DNA of 12,583 bases from Calditrichaceae bacterium (lineage in GTDB: Bacteria; Calditrichota; Calditrichia; Calditrichales; JBFXGD01): contig JBFXGD010000099.1 of assembly GCA_050178385.1 (NCBI GenBank), forward strand, positions 1-12,583, given 5' to 3'. Shown here one piece after another: positions 1-8,666 of this stretch. A model generated the notes under the pieces. That model was not told the origin of the DNA. It made no database searches and worked only from the letters and a program-made list of their open reading frames with translations. The translations under genes were made by a program, and so were the position numbers. Numbering within the stretch: the first letter of the stretch is position 1; every line of letters starts with the position of its first letter.

Positions 1-48
1 CACTAATGAAATAATAAAGTACTTTACAACATTTTTTAACCTTGACAT
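1..48 (-). CDS. Possible 5' end of a gene running off the left edge (signal-peptide-like N-terminus MSRLKNVVKYFIISLV)
   Basis: Minus-strand ATG at 48-46 opens 16 stop-free codons to the window edge: basic residues, then hydrophobic. Weak GGTGA upstream. Too short to confirm. Confidence 0.35.
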   Translation of the reverse strand, partial: MSRLKNVVKYFIISLV

Positions 49-121
49 AAATCACCGTATTTTTTCGGACAGCATTTGACAGCTCTGAATCAGAGCAAAG
101 TATTTCAGCTACATCAAAATG

Positions 122-177
122 TTAGTAACACTAAATTGAGTTACTACTACATTAGTAATAAGAAATATAGTTACTAA
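122..177. promoter_or_regulatory. Two tandem operator-like inverted repeats, TAGTAA(C/T)-N10-GTTACTA
   Basis: TAGTAAC(123-129)/GTTACTA(140-146) and TTAGTAAT(152-159)/GTTACTAA(170-177); same 10-nt spacer, 30-bp period. Extra TTAGTAA half-sites at 276-282 and 303-309. Confidence 0.45.
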
Positions 178-444
178 AAATTATAGATCAAGCATTTTTT
201 TAATTATTTAACCGAATTTACATCAATCTCCGGTATTTTTTTAAAGTTTCTCTCTTCATGCAGGATAAATATTTGTTAGTAAAATCTGTCTGTCCCGAAT
301 TCTTAGTAATATTCAAATTATTCGTCGAACTTATCACGCGAATGGCCGTTACATACTTTTAAGATTTTTATTGCGGATGACAGGTGAATGCAGCAAATTC
401 TATTTACGATTACATTTACTTTATAAAATTCCGGAGGATAAATT

Positions 445-909
445 ATGATTGATGTGGGGAAAAAAGCACCCGAGTTTACATTGCCAAATCAGGAAGGCAA
501 AAACATTTCTCTTCCTTCATATCGCGGGAAATGGGTCATACTTTATTTCTACCCAAAAGATATGACACCGGGATGCACCACCGAAGCCTGCAACTTCCAG
601 GAATCTCTGCCGGACTTTAAGAGTCTTGACGCGGTTATTCTGGGTGTCAGCAAGGACTCCGTTGAGAGACATAATAAATTTGCCGACAAACATGACCTCG
701 ACTTTCACCTACTTAGCGATGAAGAAGGGAATGTCTGCGAGACATACGGGACCTGGCAAATGAAGAAATTATACGGTAGAGAATACCTGGGAATTGTACG
801 CTCCACCTATCTGATCAATCCTGATGGCGTTATCGCCAAAGTTTATCCAAAGGTAAGCGTTAAAGAGCACCACACGGAATTGCTAAATGACATTAAATCG
901 CTTGGATGA
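445..909 (+). CDS. bcp: Thioredoxin-dependent thiol peroxidase (BCP/PrxQ peroxiredoxin)
   Basis: LYFYPKDMTPGCTTEACNF (peroxidatic PxxxTxxC plus CxxxxC resolving Cys), GVSKDS, RSTYLI. GGAGG RBS at 433-437. Confidence 0.95.
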   Translation: MIDVGKKAPEFTLPNQEGKNISLPSYRGKWVILYFYPKDMTPGCTTEACNFQESLPDFKSLDAVILGVSKDSVERHNKFADKHDLDFHLLSDEEGNVCETYGTWQMKKLYGREYLGIVRSTYLINPDGVIAKVYPKVSVKEHHTELLNDIKSLG

Positions 910-998
910 TCAAAATATTCCGGCTGAAATATAGCTTAGTATTCACATGAGTATATGGCCTGAACAGCCAGTAGGATGAATTTTTAAAAGTTGGTCGG

Positions 999-1292
999 CT
1001 ACCAGTAATCCGTGTCTATCGTTAAATCCGTTTCAACCCAAATCTGACAGGCCAGGCGTTCATGCGCCTTAAGGCCTTTTTTTGCGCTGAATATGTTTTC
1101 GTCCGTTGTTGGCGGATGCAGTTCTTTTATTCCATCAACTATCTTCACTTTACACCAGCCGCAAATCGCCTCACCGCTGCAGGAATTAGCGACAGGAATA
1201 TCATGATCTCTTAACAATCGCAGCAGAGTTACATCACCCGCGGTTTTGATTTCTTTTTTCAGTTTTGGCAAACTGATTACTATTTTCTTCAT
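999..1292 (-). CDS. 2Fe-2S ferredoxin-type iron-sulfur binding protein
   Basis: CSGEAICGWC (Cx5Cx2C) plus distal RLACQ. The ATG at 1292 (MKKIVISL) gives a typical ~97-aa protein and is preferred over the TTG at 1343. Confidence 0.85.
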   Translation of the reverse strand: MKKIVISLPKLKKEIKTAGDVTLLRLLRDHDIPVANSCSGEAICGWCKVKIVDGIKELHPPTTDENIFSAKKGLKAHERLACQIWVETDLTIDTDYW

Positions 1293-1546
1293 ATTATTCA
1301 CTAATTTCTTGTTCAAATCAGTAATTCTCATCATAAAATGCAATTCGATATTGGAAAATGGCCAAAAAAGGTTTATTTTTTACACGCTTTTTATTAATTT
1401 TGGTTTATGGTTAATTGAATACTGTCCGGAATATTCAATCCCGGAAAATCATTTATACAAAATAATAAGTACACAGAAAGAAATTTTGTGTGAACTTTGT
1501 ATCAATAACCATTTGAATGAATAATGAATTCCCGTTCGGAGGATTA

Positions 1547-1915
1547 ATGAACAAAAGACCGGTTTTGTTTTTTTCAGTACTTCTGTTTTTAGCATTAATA
1601 CTTGTTGTTGTCTATCAGATCAAAACCGATCCATTTAAACAAATCATCAAAGTAAATCAGAACAATGTTGCCGCCAATCAACAGAATCATAATCATGACT
1701 TTGATGAAGCTATGGCATTATACGCAAAAAATTGTGCCACCTGTCATGGATCTTTTGGTGAAGGCAGAGGTTCCAATCCAACTTTACAGAAAAACCGGCT
1801 TAGCGTCGATCAAATTAAAACGGTTATTCTTTCCGGGCGCGGCAATATGCCTCCTATTCCCGGCATTAATGAACCGGCGCTTAGCAAACTGGCTGAATTT
1901 GTCACCCGATTATAG
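1547..1915 (+). CDS. Small membrane-anchored monoheme c-type cytochrome
   Basis: N-terminal hydrophobic helix, CATCHG heme-binding motif, GRGNMPP distal Met ligand. GGAGG at 1538-1542 favours the ATG at 1547 over 1517. Confidence 0.88.
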   Translation: MNKRPVLFFSVLLFLALILVVVYQIKTDPFKQIIKVNQNNVAANQQNHNHDFDEAMALYAKNCATCHGSFGEGRGSNPTLQKNRLSVDQIKTVILSGRGNMPPIPGINEPALSKLAEFVTRL

Positions 1916-1920
1916 AGAAA

Positions 1921-2337
1921 ATGTATCCTGATTCTATAAAAAATCGCTTCACTGCTGCTGTGGAACAATTTAATTGTGCCCATTTTTTTGAATGCCACGA
2001 CACGCTGGAAGATATCTGGTTTGATGTAAAGGGGAAAGAACGCTTCTTTTATCAGGGTCTCCTGCATATAGCTGTGGGATTTTATCATTTTGGCAATTCT
2101 AACTTCCGCGGCGCGCAAAGCCAGCTGCGAAAAGCGCGAAAAAAACTTGAGCCATTCGGCCGGATCTATCAGGGCGTTATGCTGACTGATATTCTTGAGC
2201 AGACGGATCCCTACCTGCAAACCGCTTTACAAAACATAGAAAATGGTCAATCCGAATTTCCGGGCGTCAATTATCCTAAAATCAAATGGCAGGATCATTT
2301 ATTCATTTCGCGCCATAAGCTAAACACAACACAATAG
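1921..2337 (+). CDS. DUF309 domain-containing protein
   Basis: FN..HFFECHDTLEDIW and FYQGLLHIAVGFYH..N..GA motifs characteristic of DUF309. Confidence 0.85.
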   Translation: MYPDSIKNRFTAAVEQFNCAHFFECHDTLEDIWFDVKGKERFFYQGLLHIAVGFYHFGNSNFRGAQSQLRKARKKLEPFGRIYQGVMLTDILEQTDPYLQTALQNIENGQSEFPGVNYPKIKWQDHLFISRHKLNTTQ

Positions 2338-2374
2338 AACAATAATTACCATGAATATAGAAAGAACAAATTAG

Positions 2375-3520
2375 ATGGACTTATTAAATCTAAAGATTAT
2401 CCCAAAGAAATATAATGAAGACCTTATCAAAGCCGTTATCGAAAATGATATTGAATCCGCCGATTCAATTGTCAGAAACGGCATCGATGATCCTGACTCC
2501 ATCAATCGGATTCTCGCTTCGTTCTATATCTTAGGCGCAAGGATGATCGACGATCAGTCAATCACTCCACAGGGAGTCATTTACGCCGACGCTGTAATCG
2601 ATCTGGTCAAGACTGTATTTAAGGACGAGGATCCGACACCGGTGCTTAAAAAAGCCATCCGCTACTTTTGCTCTTTTGATTACAAGGAAAATGATATCAG
2701 TAAAATGCGTTTCAAAGATGGCGAATTCCCACAGGCGGTTGTCGTCAAAGACCTGGCTCTCGCTATTTATGAGGGCAATTATGACGATGCCATCCGGACC
2801 GCCCGTAATATATTATACGCGATAGATTCAAAAAAATATTTCAATGAAAATCTGATTGAGATTGCTTCCGGATATTATTCAGAATCCGGGCATCAGGCTC
2901 TGATATTGGCCAACGCCACAAGCAAAGGGCTGGAATTTCTGGAATGGGAGAGCAGCGAAGATCTTGTTTTTAATGTAATCCGCTATCTGGTCGATTTGAG
3001 GAATGACACTTCAGGAGAATGGATCGAACCTGTCCAGGCGGATAAGATCAATTATCCCGATTATTTTCTTCGTATTTCGATAAATCCGGGTAAAAAGGGT
3101 GAAAATGCGGTTTATCTGACCCATGCCCGCCAGGTCTACAGATACGCCTCGGCAAAATATCAGATAATCTGGGGGAATCTGGCCGCTTATATCGCCCGTT
3201 CTTTTAATGAATTCCCGGCGCCGGAGAACCAGAGCATAGACACCATAAGCGGCAGCATTGAAGGCATCAGAAAAGCAATCGCCGACAAGGATGAGGCATC
3301 GGCAACAGCTCAGTTTGCAGGTTTGAACAAAGCCGGTGAGAATGAAAACAAATTATTCAAACCAATTGTTGACTCAATTTGTAATGACGGTGCGGATAAT
3401 GACGCGGACGGTCTGATTTTTCTAAACTCCGCGAGAAGAATGGCAAGAGCTTTGAAATATCCGAGAAATTTTCATATTGTACAAAATGCGGTAAAATTCG
3501 CGGTAAAGTTGCATTTATAG
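2375..3520 (+). CDS. Hypothetical all-helical protein with internal ~80-100 aa repeats
   Basis: 381-aa ORF in line with its neighbours; repeated segments visible by eye (see findings). No family recognised with confidence. Confidence 0.75.
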   Translation: MDLLNLKIIPKKYNEDLIKAVIENDIESADSIVRNGIDDPDSINRILASFYILGARMIDDQSITPQGVIYADAVIDLVKTVFKDEDPTPVLKKAIRYFCSFDYKENDISKMRFKDGEFPQAVVVKDLALAIYEGNYDDAIRTARNILYAIDSKKYFNENLIEIASGYYSESGHQALILANATSKGLEFLEWESSEDLVFNVIRYLVDLRNDTSGEWIEPVQADKINYPDYFLRISINPGKKGENAVYLTHARQVYRYASAKYQIIWGNLAAYIARSFNEFPAPENQSIDTISGSIEGIRKAIADKDEASATAQFAGLNKAGENENKLFKPIVDSICNDGADNDADGLIFLNSARRMARALKYPRNFHIVQNAVKFAVKLHL

Positions 3521-3605
3521 AATATAATTTTTTTATATATGAAACTAAACAAATCAAATATAAGTACTTAGGAATTCACCTGGTTAAATAGTTAAGAGGA
3601 AGGAA

Positions 3606-4451
3606 ATGATTCGCAAAAGCTATACGCTAAAGAACCATGATAATGAAGACATCCATATTGATATTCAATATCGTGAAGACGCGCGCACTGCACCGACGGT
3701 TATAATTGTCCACGGATTTAAAGGGTTTAAAGATTGGGGATTTTTCCCGGATATCGCCAGACGCCTGGCGTCAAGTGGATATGTCACTTTAACTTTTAAC
3801 TTTTCCAGAAACGGAATCGGACTTGACCCCAGTCAATTCACTGAACTTGACAAATTTGCCGATAACACTTATTCGCATGAGTTAAATGATCTTAAAAGTA
3901 TCATAGAAGCGATAAAAAGTGGTGAAATTGGATCTAAAATTATCGATCCTGAAAGGCTCGGCCTGATCGGCCACAGCAGGGGCGGCGCCATTGCCTTGTT
4001 GACGGCGAAAGAAATGAGTGAAGACATTCAAGCTCTTATTACATGGTCAACGATTTCCAATGTTTTCCGTTATTCGGATGAACAGATCAGGGAATGGGAA
4101 GAAAATGGCGTTCTAAACATCGAAAACAGCCGTACAAAACAATTGATGCCGATTAACAAATCATTCTGGGATGACCTGAAAAAAAATAAATCCCGGTTTG
4201 ATCTTATTAAGGCAGCTGAAAAATTAGAAATCCCGGTATTATTTATTCATGGGCTCGAAGACACTTCCGTGCCCCCTGCCGAGAGTGAGGAGCTTTACCA
4301 GAGCTGTGATACCGATGTAAAAAGGCTGGAACTGCTCGAAAATACCGGTCATACATTTGATATCAGGCATCCGATTGTCACGCTTACCCCCGCCTATGAG
4401 ACGGTTTGTGATTTAACCGAACACTGGCTGGATAATTATTTAAATATCTGA
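3606..4451 (+). CDS. Alpha/beta-fold serine hydrolase (S9/dienelactone-hydrolase-like)
   Basis: VHGFKGFKDWG oxyanion region, GHSRGG nucleophile elbow, IHGLEDTSVP acid, GHTF His. AGAGGAAGGA RBS. Confidence 0.9.
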   Translation: MIRKSYTLKNHDNEDIHIDIQYREDARTAPTVIIVHGFKGFKDWGFFPDIARRLASSGYVTLTFNFSRNGIGLDPSQFTELDKFADNTYSHELNDLKSIIEAIKSGEIGSKIIDPERLGLIGHSRGGAIALLTAKEMSEDIQALITWSTISNVFRYSDEQIREWEENGVLNIENSRTKQLMPINKSFWDDLKKNKSRFDLIKAAEKLEIPVLFIHGLEDTSVPPAESEELYQSCDTDVKRLELLENTGHTFDIRHPIVTLTPAYETVCDLTEHWLDNYLNI

Positions 4452-4482
4452 CAAGGGCGCGGTCATAAAGAAAGAGGAAAAA

Positions 4483-5331
4483 ATGATTCGTATCGGCGAT
4501 TATGAAATTTTTACAATAGAAACTGGATACGCAAGTCTTGATGGCGGCGCGATGTTCGGAATTATCCCAAAAACACTTTGGGACAAAACCAATCCGGCGG
4601 ACGAGTATAACAGAATCCGGTTAGCTTTACGGACACTTGTGATCAAAGGTAATGACAGGACTATTCTGGTGGATGCCGGGGTCGGTACAAAAATGAATGA
4701 CAAACTCTCCAAAATTTATGGCGTCGATCAATCAGTACACGAACTGCATAAGGGACTTGCTCAAAATGGGTTATCAGCCGAAGACATAACCGATGTCATT
4801 GTGACCCACCTCCATTTTGATCATATTGGAGGCGCCACTTATTTTGATCAGGACGGAAAACTTCAATTGACTTTTCCAAACGCGACCTTTTACGTACAGG
4901 GAGAACAATGGAGCTGGGCAAATAATCCATCTGAAAAAGACCGCGCCAGCTATATGCCTGAAAATTATCAGCCCATCCTGGATGCGGGTAAACTGCGGGA
5001 ACTTTCGGGACCCATGGAATTATTCCCCGGAATAGAACTGCTCGTCGTATTCGGCCATACGCATGGGATGCAACTTCCAAAGATTTCGGACGGTAATAAG
5101 ACGCTGCTTTATTGCGCCGATCTGATCCCGACCGCTTCACACATCCCGCTTCCCTATATAATGGGATATGACAATAACCCACTGGCAACATTAGCCGAAA
5201 AGAAACGCATTCTTCCTAAGGCAGTTGAAGGTAACTGGATCCTTGTATTTGAGCATGACCCGTTCCGCGCAGCGGGCACGGTTGAACTGACCGACAAAGG
5301 CTACAGATTAAAAGAAGAAGTGGCGCTGTAA
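4483..5331 (+). CDS. MBL-fold metallo-hydrolase, YtnP-like
   Basis: LDGGAMFGIIPK N-terminal motif, THLHFDHIGG (HxHxDH), GHT, ADL, GYD, FEHDP. AGAGG RBS. Confidence 0.9.
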   Translation: MIRIGDYEIFTIETGYASLDGGAMFGIIPKTLWDKTNPADEYNRIRLALRTLVIKGNDRTILVDAGVGTKMNDKLSKIYGVDQSVHELHKGLAQNGLSAEDITDVIVTHLHFDHIGGATYFDQDGKLQLTFPNATFYVQGEQWSWANNPSEKDRASYMPENYQPILDAGKLRELSGPMELFPGIELLVVFGHTHGMQLPKISDGNKTLLYCADLIPTASHIPLPYIMGYDNNPLATLAEKKRILPKAVEGNWILVFEHDPFRAAGTVELTDKGYRLKEEVAL

Positions 5332-5639
5332 TGTCATTTATCAAAGCGGCCAGGAGCAATGAAGTTAAGGAGCGATTCGGCAAGGCGATAGTCATAAATG
5401 CAAAAAAAATCGCCTTGTTCCGCCATCATGGAACCGTATACGCTTTGCGGAATTTTTGTCTTCATCAGGGCGCTCCGATCAGTGATGGTTTCGCAAAAGA
5501 CGGTCATGCCGTCTGTCCTCATCATGGATGGTCGTTCAGCCTGGATACGGGAGCTTTTATAAACAATGATAAACTAAAATTAAAAACTTATCCTGTTAAA
5601 GAACTGGATGGATACATTTATATAGAAACCGGTGACTAG
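5331..5639 (+). CDS. Rieske [2Fe-2S] ferredoxin (NirD / ring-hydroxylating ferredoxin-like)
   Basis: CLH...CPHHGWSF Rieske ligands. Start overlaps the upstream stop (TAATG at 5329-5333), suggesting translational coupling. Confidence 0.9.
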   Translation: MSFIKAARSNEVKERFGKAIVINAKKIALFRHHGTVYALRNFCLHQGAPISDGFAKDGHAVCPHHGWSFSLDTGAFINNDKLKLKTYPVKELDGYIYIETGD

Positions 5640-5708
5640 AACTGTCCGGTATCCTGAGTTGAATATCAAATTCTAAAACCGCTAAAGCAAAAGAAATCAT
5701 ACTTCAAA

Positions 5709-7106
5709 ATGAAAAACCGTTTGAACGATCTCGATTCAAAATCATATATGAAATTTCTCAAGTCGTGGTATATTAATGACGACTCATCTCTACTTGATTT
5801 TATCCGGTTTTTTACAAAAGAGTATAATCCCGATGAGACTTCTTCGGCAGTCGCTGTTTATGGTGTTGACTATGAATCCATCGACCTTCAGCGCTTGACC
5901 GGGCGAAGAATCACTGATATTACTAAAAACGCATTGAATGAAAAAATATCCTACGCCATCATAAATTTGCAAAATGAAACACTGGAATCTGAACAAGGCG
6001 TAAATATTTTTTTTGTAAACACACTGACCCCGATTCTCAAACAAATGTTTCAATATCTCGAAGATAGACGATACATCACCATTTTTGTACGAAATCATCA
6101 ATCCGGTAGTAATTTTTATCCGGCCGCATGGCACATGGGTAAATTAGTTACCGCTTATTTTGAAATGAAAGATGAAAAATTGGGATGCATAAACGGATCG
6201 GATTCCGGTGATAAAAATTTTCCGGTCACCGGTTCTGAAGTTTTGTATGCCTTAAATTTCAGACAGACTCTAACCGTTCCGAAAACATCAACCGCCATAA
6301 AATATCACCCCGGGCGGAATTTTACCAAATCCGTTATACCGTCATGGTTTATTCTAAAACCGCCGCCACGTCACGAGAAAGTAAAACTGCATCCCGCAAA
6401 ATTCCCCGAAGTTTTGATCAGCCGGTATATAGAGAAATATACAAAACCGGGTGAATCGGTATTCGATCCCATGTCAGGCACGGGAAGCACACAGATGGCC
6501 TCTCTTGAAAGTGGCCGTCTCGCCTATGGCTGTGAAATAACAGACCATTTTTATCGGATCGCTGTCGATAGACTGCGGCAGTTTTCCAAAAACAATAGTA
6601 TTTCATCAACAGATGGAAATCATCTTTTTTTTATCGAGCATGGAGACGCGTACTATTTCGACAGAAACGCCGAATTTCCACCAGAGTTTGATTATATTAT
6701 TACTTCTCCACCATACTGGGATATGCTGAACATGAAAGGCGCTGAGACTCAGCAAAAACGTCGTGACCGGGATCTGCTGACCAACTACTCCGACCTTGAC
6801 ACTGATCTTGGGAACTGCGCGGAATATGATATATTTCTGGCAAAATTAATTCGTATTTATGATAAGGTCATCTCCCGTCTGAAACCCGGCGGTCACATGA
6901 CTATTATTGTGAAAAATATCAAGAAGAAGGGGACGATTTATACTTTTGCCTGGGACCTGGCGGAAAAACTGGCGCCGAAAATGGAATTATGCGATCTTAG
7001 TTTCTGGCTGCAGGATGATATCCGGATTGCTCCGTACGGCTATGGAAATGCCTGGGTCAGCAATACATTCCATCAATACTGCCTGACTTTTCAGAAGACC
7101 GGATAA
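5709..7106 (+). CDS. Amino (N4-C/N6-A) DNA methyltransferase with a degenerate N-terminal duplicate domain
   Basis: HPAKFP, VFDPMSGTGST (motif I) and GCEI precede the catalytic TSPPY (SPPY at 6705-6716). Residues ~1-187 resemble the C-terminal domain but lack these motifs. Confidence 0.85.
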   Translation: MKNRLNDLDSKSYMKFLKSWYINDDSSLLDFIRFFTKEYNPDETSSAVAVYGVDYESIDLQRLTGRRITDITKNALNEKISYAIINLQNETLESEQGVNIFFVNTLTPILKQMFQYLEDRRYITIFVRNHQSGSNFYPAAWHMGKLVTAYFEMKDEKLGCINGSDSGDKNFPVTGSEVLYALNFRQTLTVPKTSTAIKYHPGRNFTKSVIPSWFILKPPPRHEKVKLHPAKFPEVLISRYIEKYTKPGESVFDPMSGTGSTQMASLESGRLAYGCEITDHFYRIAVDRLRQFSKNNSISSTDGNHLFFIEHGDAYYFDRNAEFPPEFDYIITSPPYWDMLNMKGAETQQKRRDRDLLTNYSDLDTDLGNCAEYDIFLAKLIRIYDKVISRLKPGGHMTIIVKNIKKKGTIYTFAWDLAEKLAPKMELCDLSFWLQDDIRIAPYGYGNAWVSNTFHQYCLTFQKTG

Positions 7107-7175
7107 GTCGGTTATTTTATTTATACCCGATCCGGCCATCCTATCTATAAACGCAACTGCTGCCTGAGATTATTT

Positions 7176-7979
7176 TTATAAGACAAAAATCTTTTTATCA
7201 AACCGGAGAAGATTTCTCGCGGCGGGTAGATCCCGAACCGCGCAGCCTTTATTTTTAATCCTCGTGGCGAACAATCCGTTCAAAAATTTGCTTCCCGGAG
7301 GGATATCGTCGAAAAATTGCCATTCCTCCGGTCCGGCGCAACCTGTAATCAGCATATAAGTCTCATTTTTATCCATCGTTACTTCAATCGGACCTATCAT
7401 ACGCAGAATATAGTCCTTTTGATTTTCATAATACGCTTTGTTGGCAACTATTTTTTGGAAATTTTGAAATTGTTCCTGTGAGAGAGGGACATTCAATCCG
7501 AATGAATTTAAAAAGGTAAAAAGATATCTTTTTCTCCGGCTCATGCTATATGCACATTTTCCTCTTTTTGCCCACTGATCCATATCATAATTATTTGGGA
7601 CTAAAACGGGCAAATCAACGATCTCATCGGTTTTTACTTTTTCCAGGTCCATGTTAAGACTTTTTATATCCCATTCTTCCGATTCGCCGTTAATACAAAT
7701 CATCAAATCAAAAAGATCACTTTGCCAATAAGGAGTGCTTCCTTTGTTAAAATCAGCTGGTATATTTAACCTGTGGAACGCTTCCCTGATAAAAATCTCC
7801 GGAAGTTTTCCAAGAACAATATTCCGCAGCCTTTTTTCAAATCCACGCCGTGTTAAATCATACTGCATACGGTTAATCGTCCAGGGCAGTGAAACCGCCC
7901 CGTAATGTTTCGATTCCGTCAATGCTTTAATCAGAAGATTTTTGCTAACGTAGATCTTAACAATCTCATCAGACGTCAT
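7176..7979 (-). CDS. Hypothetical protein, putative PD-(D/E)XK nuclease (restriction-endonuclease-like)
   Basis: 267-aa ORF with LGKLPE helix, SDLFDL and WDIKS in the E...D...D-x-K spacing of PD-(D/E)XK nucleases; convergent with the DNA methyltransferase. The ORF is solid, the function tentative. Confidence 0.5.
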   Translation of the reverse strand: MTSDEIVKIYVSKNLLIKALTESKHYGAVSLPWTINRMQYDLTRRGFEKRLRNIVLGKLPEIFIREAFHRLNIPADFNKGSTPYWQSDLFDLMICINGESEEWDIKSLNMDLEKVKTDEIVDLPVLVPNNYDMDQWAKRGKCAYSMSRRKRYLFTFLNSFGLNVPLSQEQFQNFQKIVANKAYYENQKDYILRMIGPIEVTMDKNETYMLITGCAGPEEWQFFDDIPPGSKFLNGLFATRIKNKGCAVRDLPAARNLLRFDKKIFVL

Positions 7980-8045
7980 AGAAGTTTATACGGTTAATAA
8001 ATACCAATAATACTTGTTTAAACAGAAGCTTATATATTCAATTAA

Positions 8046-8648
8046 TCAGACTTTCCTGCATAACCAGGCACTGCCAAAATCAGATGTGCGCAGTTCACGT
8101 TCAACATTTAATCCCGCGTCGCTAAATTCTTTTGCCCGTGACTCCGCTATAAAACCGGGATAATTTGGTCCTTCTATCCACTCAATCAATCGAACAAACC
8201 AGTTGCCCTTGCAGCAATAATCAAACACAACCACATATTTCCCCGCAATACGAGCCGCATCTTTTAAAATCTGTTTCCTGAAATCTGCCGACAGACCATG
8301 GAGAAAATAACCTGTAGATACGATATCATAAGATGAATCGCTCAATTCGTTCAAATTATAAAGATCAAATTTTTCAAAATTTACCTGCGGAAAATTAAGT
8401 TTGCCGCGTTTCAGAAGATTCTCCGCAAAATCAAATCCCCTTACGCGATGCCCGCGTTCCGCGAAAGCACCCGCGAGAATTCCTGTACCCGTTGCCAGAT
8501 CCAACACTGTAAACCGCGGATTCAGATCAAAGTCCACAAGTGTTTTCCGATATTCCGGAAAAAGATTTTTCTCTATTATCGGGAAAATGAATGAAATACG
8601 ATTAAAAAATCGTCTTGTCTCCGATCTTTCTTTATGATATAACTCCAT
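8046..8648 (-). CDS. Class I SAM-dependent methyltransferase (UbiE-like fold)
   Basis: VLDLATGTG motif I, GFDFAENLL motif II, YDIVSTGYFLH. Confidence 0.88.
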   Translation of the reverse strand: MELYHKERSETRRFFNRISFIFPIIEKNLFPEYRKTLVDFDLNPRFTVLDLATGTGILAGAFAERGHRVRGFDFAENLLKRGKLNFPQVNFEKFDLYNLNELSDSSYDIVSTGYFLHGLSADFRKQILKDAARIAGKYVVVFDYCCKGNWFVRLIEWIEGPNYPGFIAESRAKEFSDAGLNVERELRTSDFGSAWLCRKV

Positions 8649-8666
8649 ATCGATTCTTCTTTATGT

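Noticed and set aside
1246..1524. 92-aa plus-strand ORF
   Set aside because: Low-complexity AT-rich translation overlapping the ferredoxin start; more likely the divergent promoter region.
7099..7137. Possible hairpin between the convergent methyltransferase and nuclease-like genes
   Set aside because: Pairing is imperfect and there is no clear T-tract, so a terminator call is not supported.
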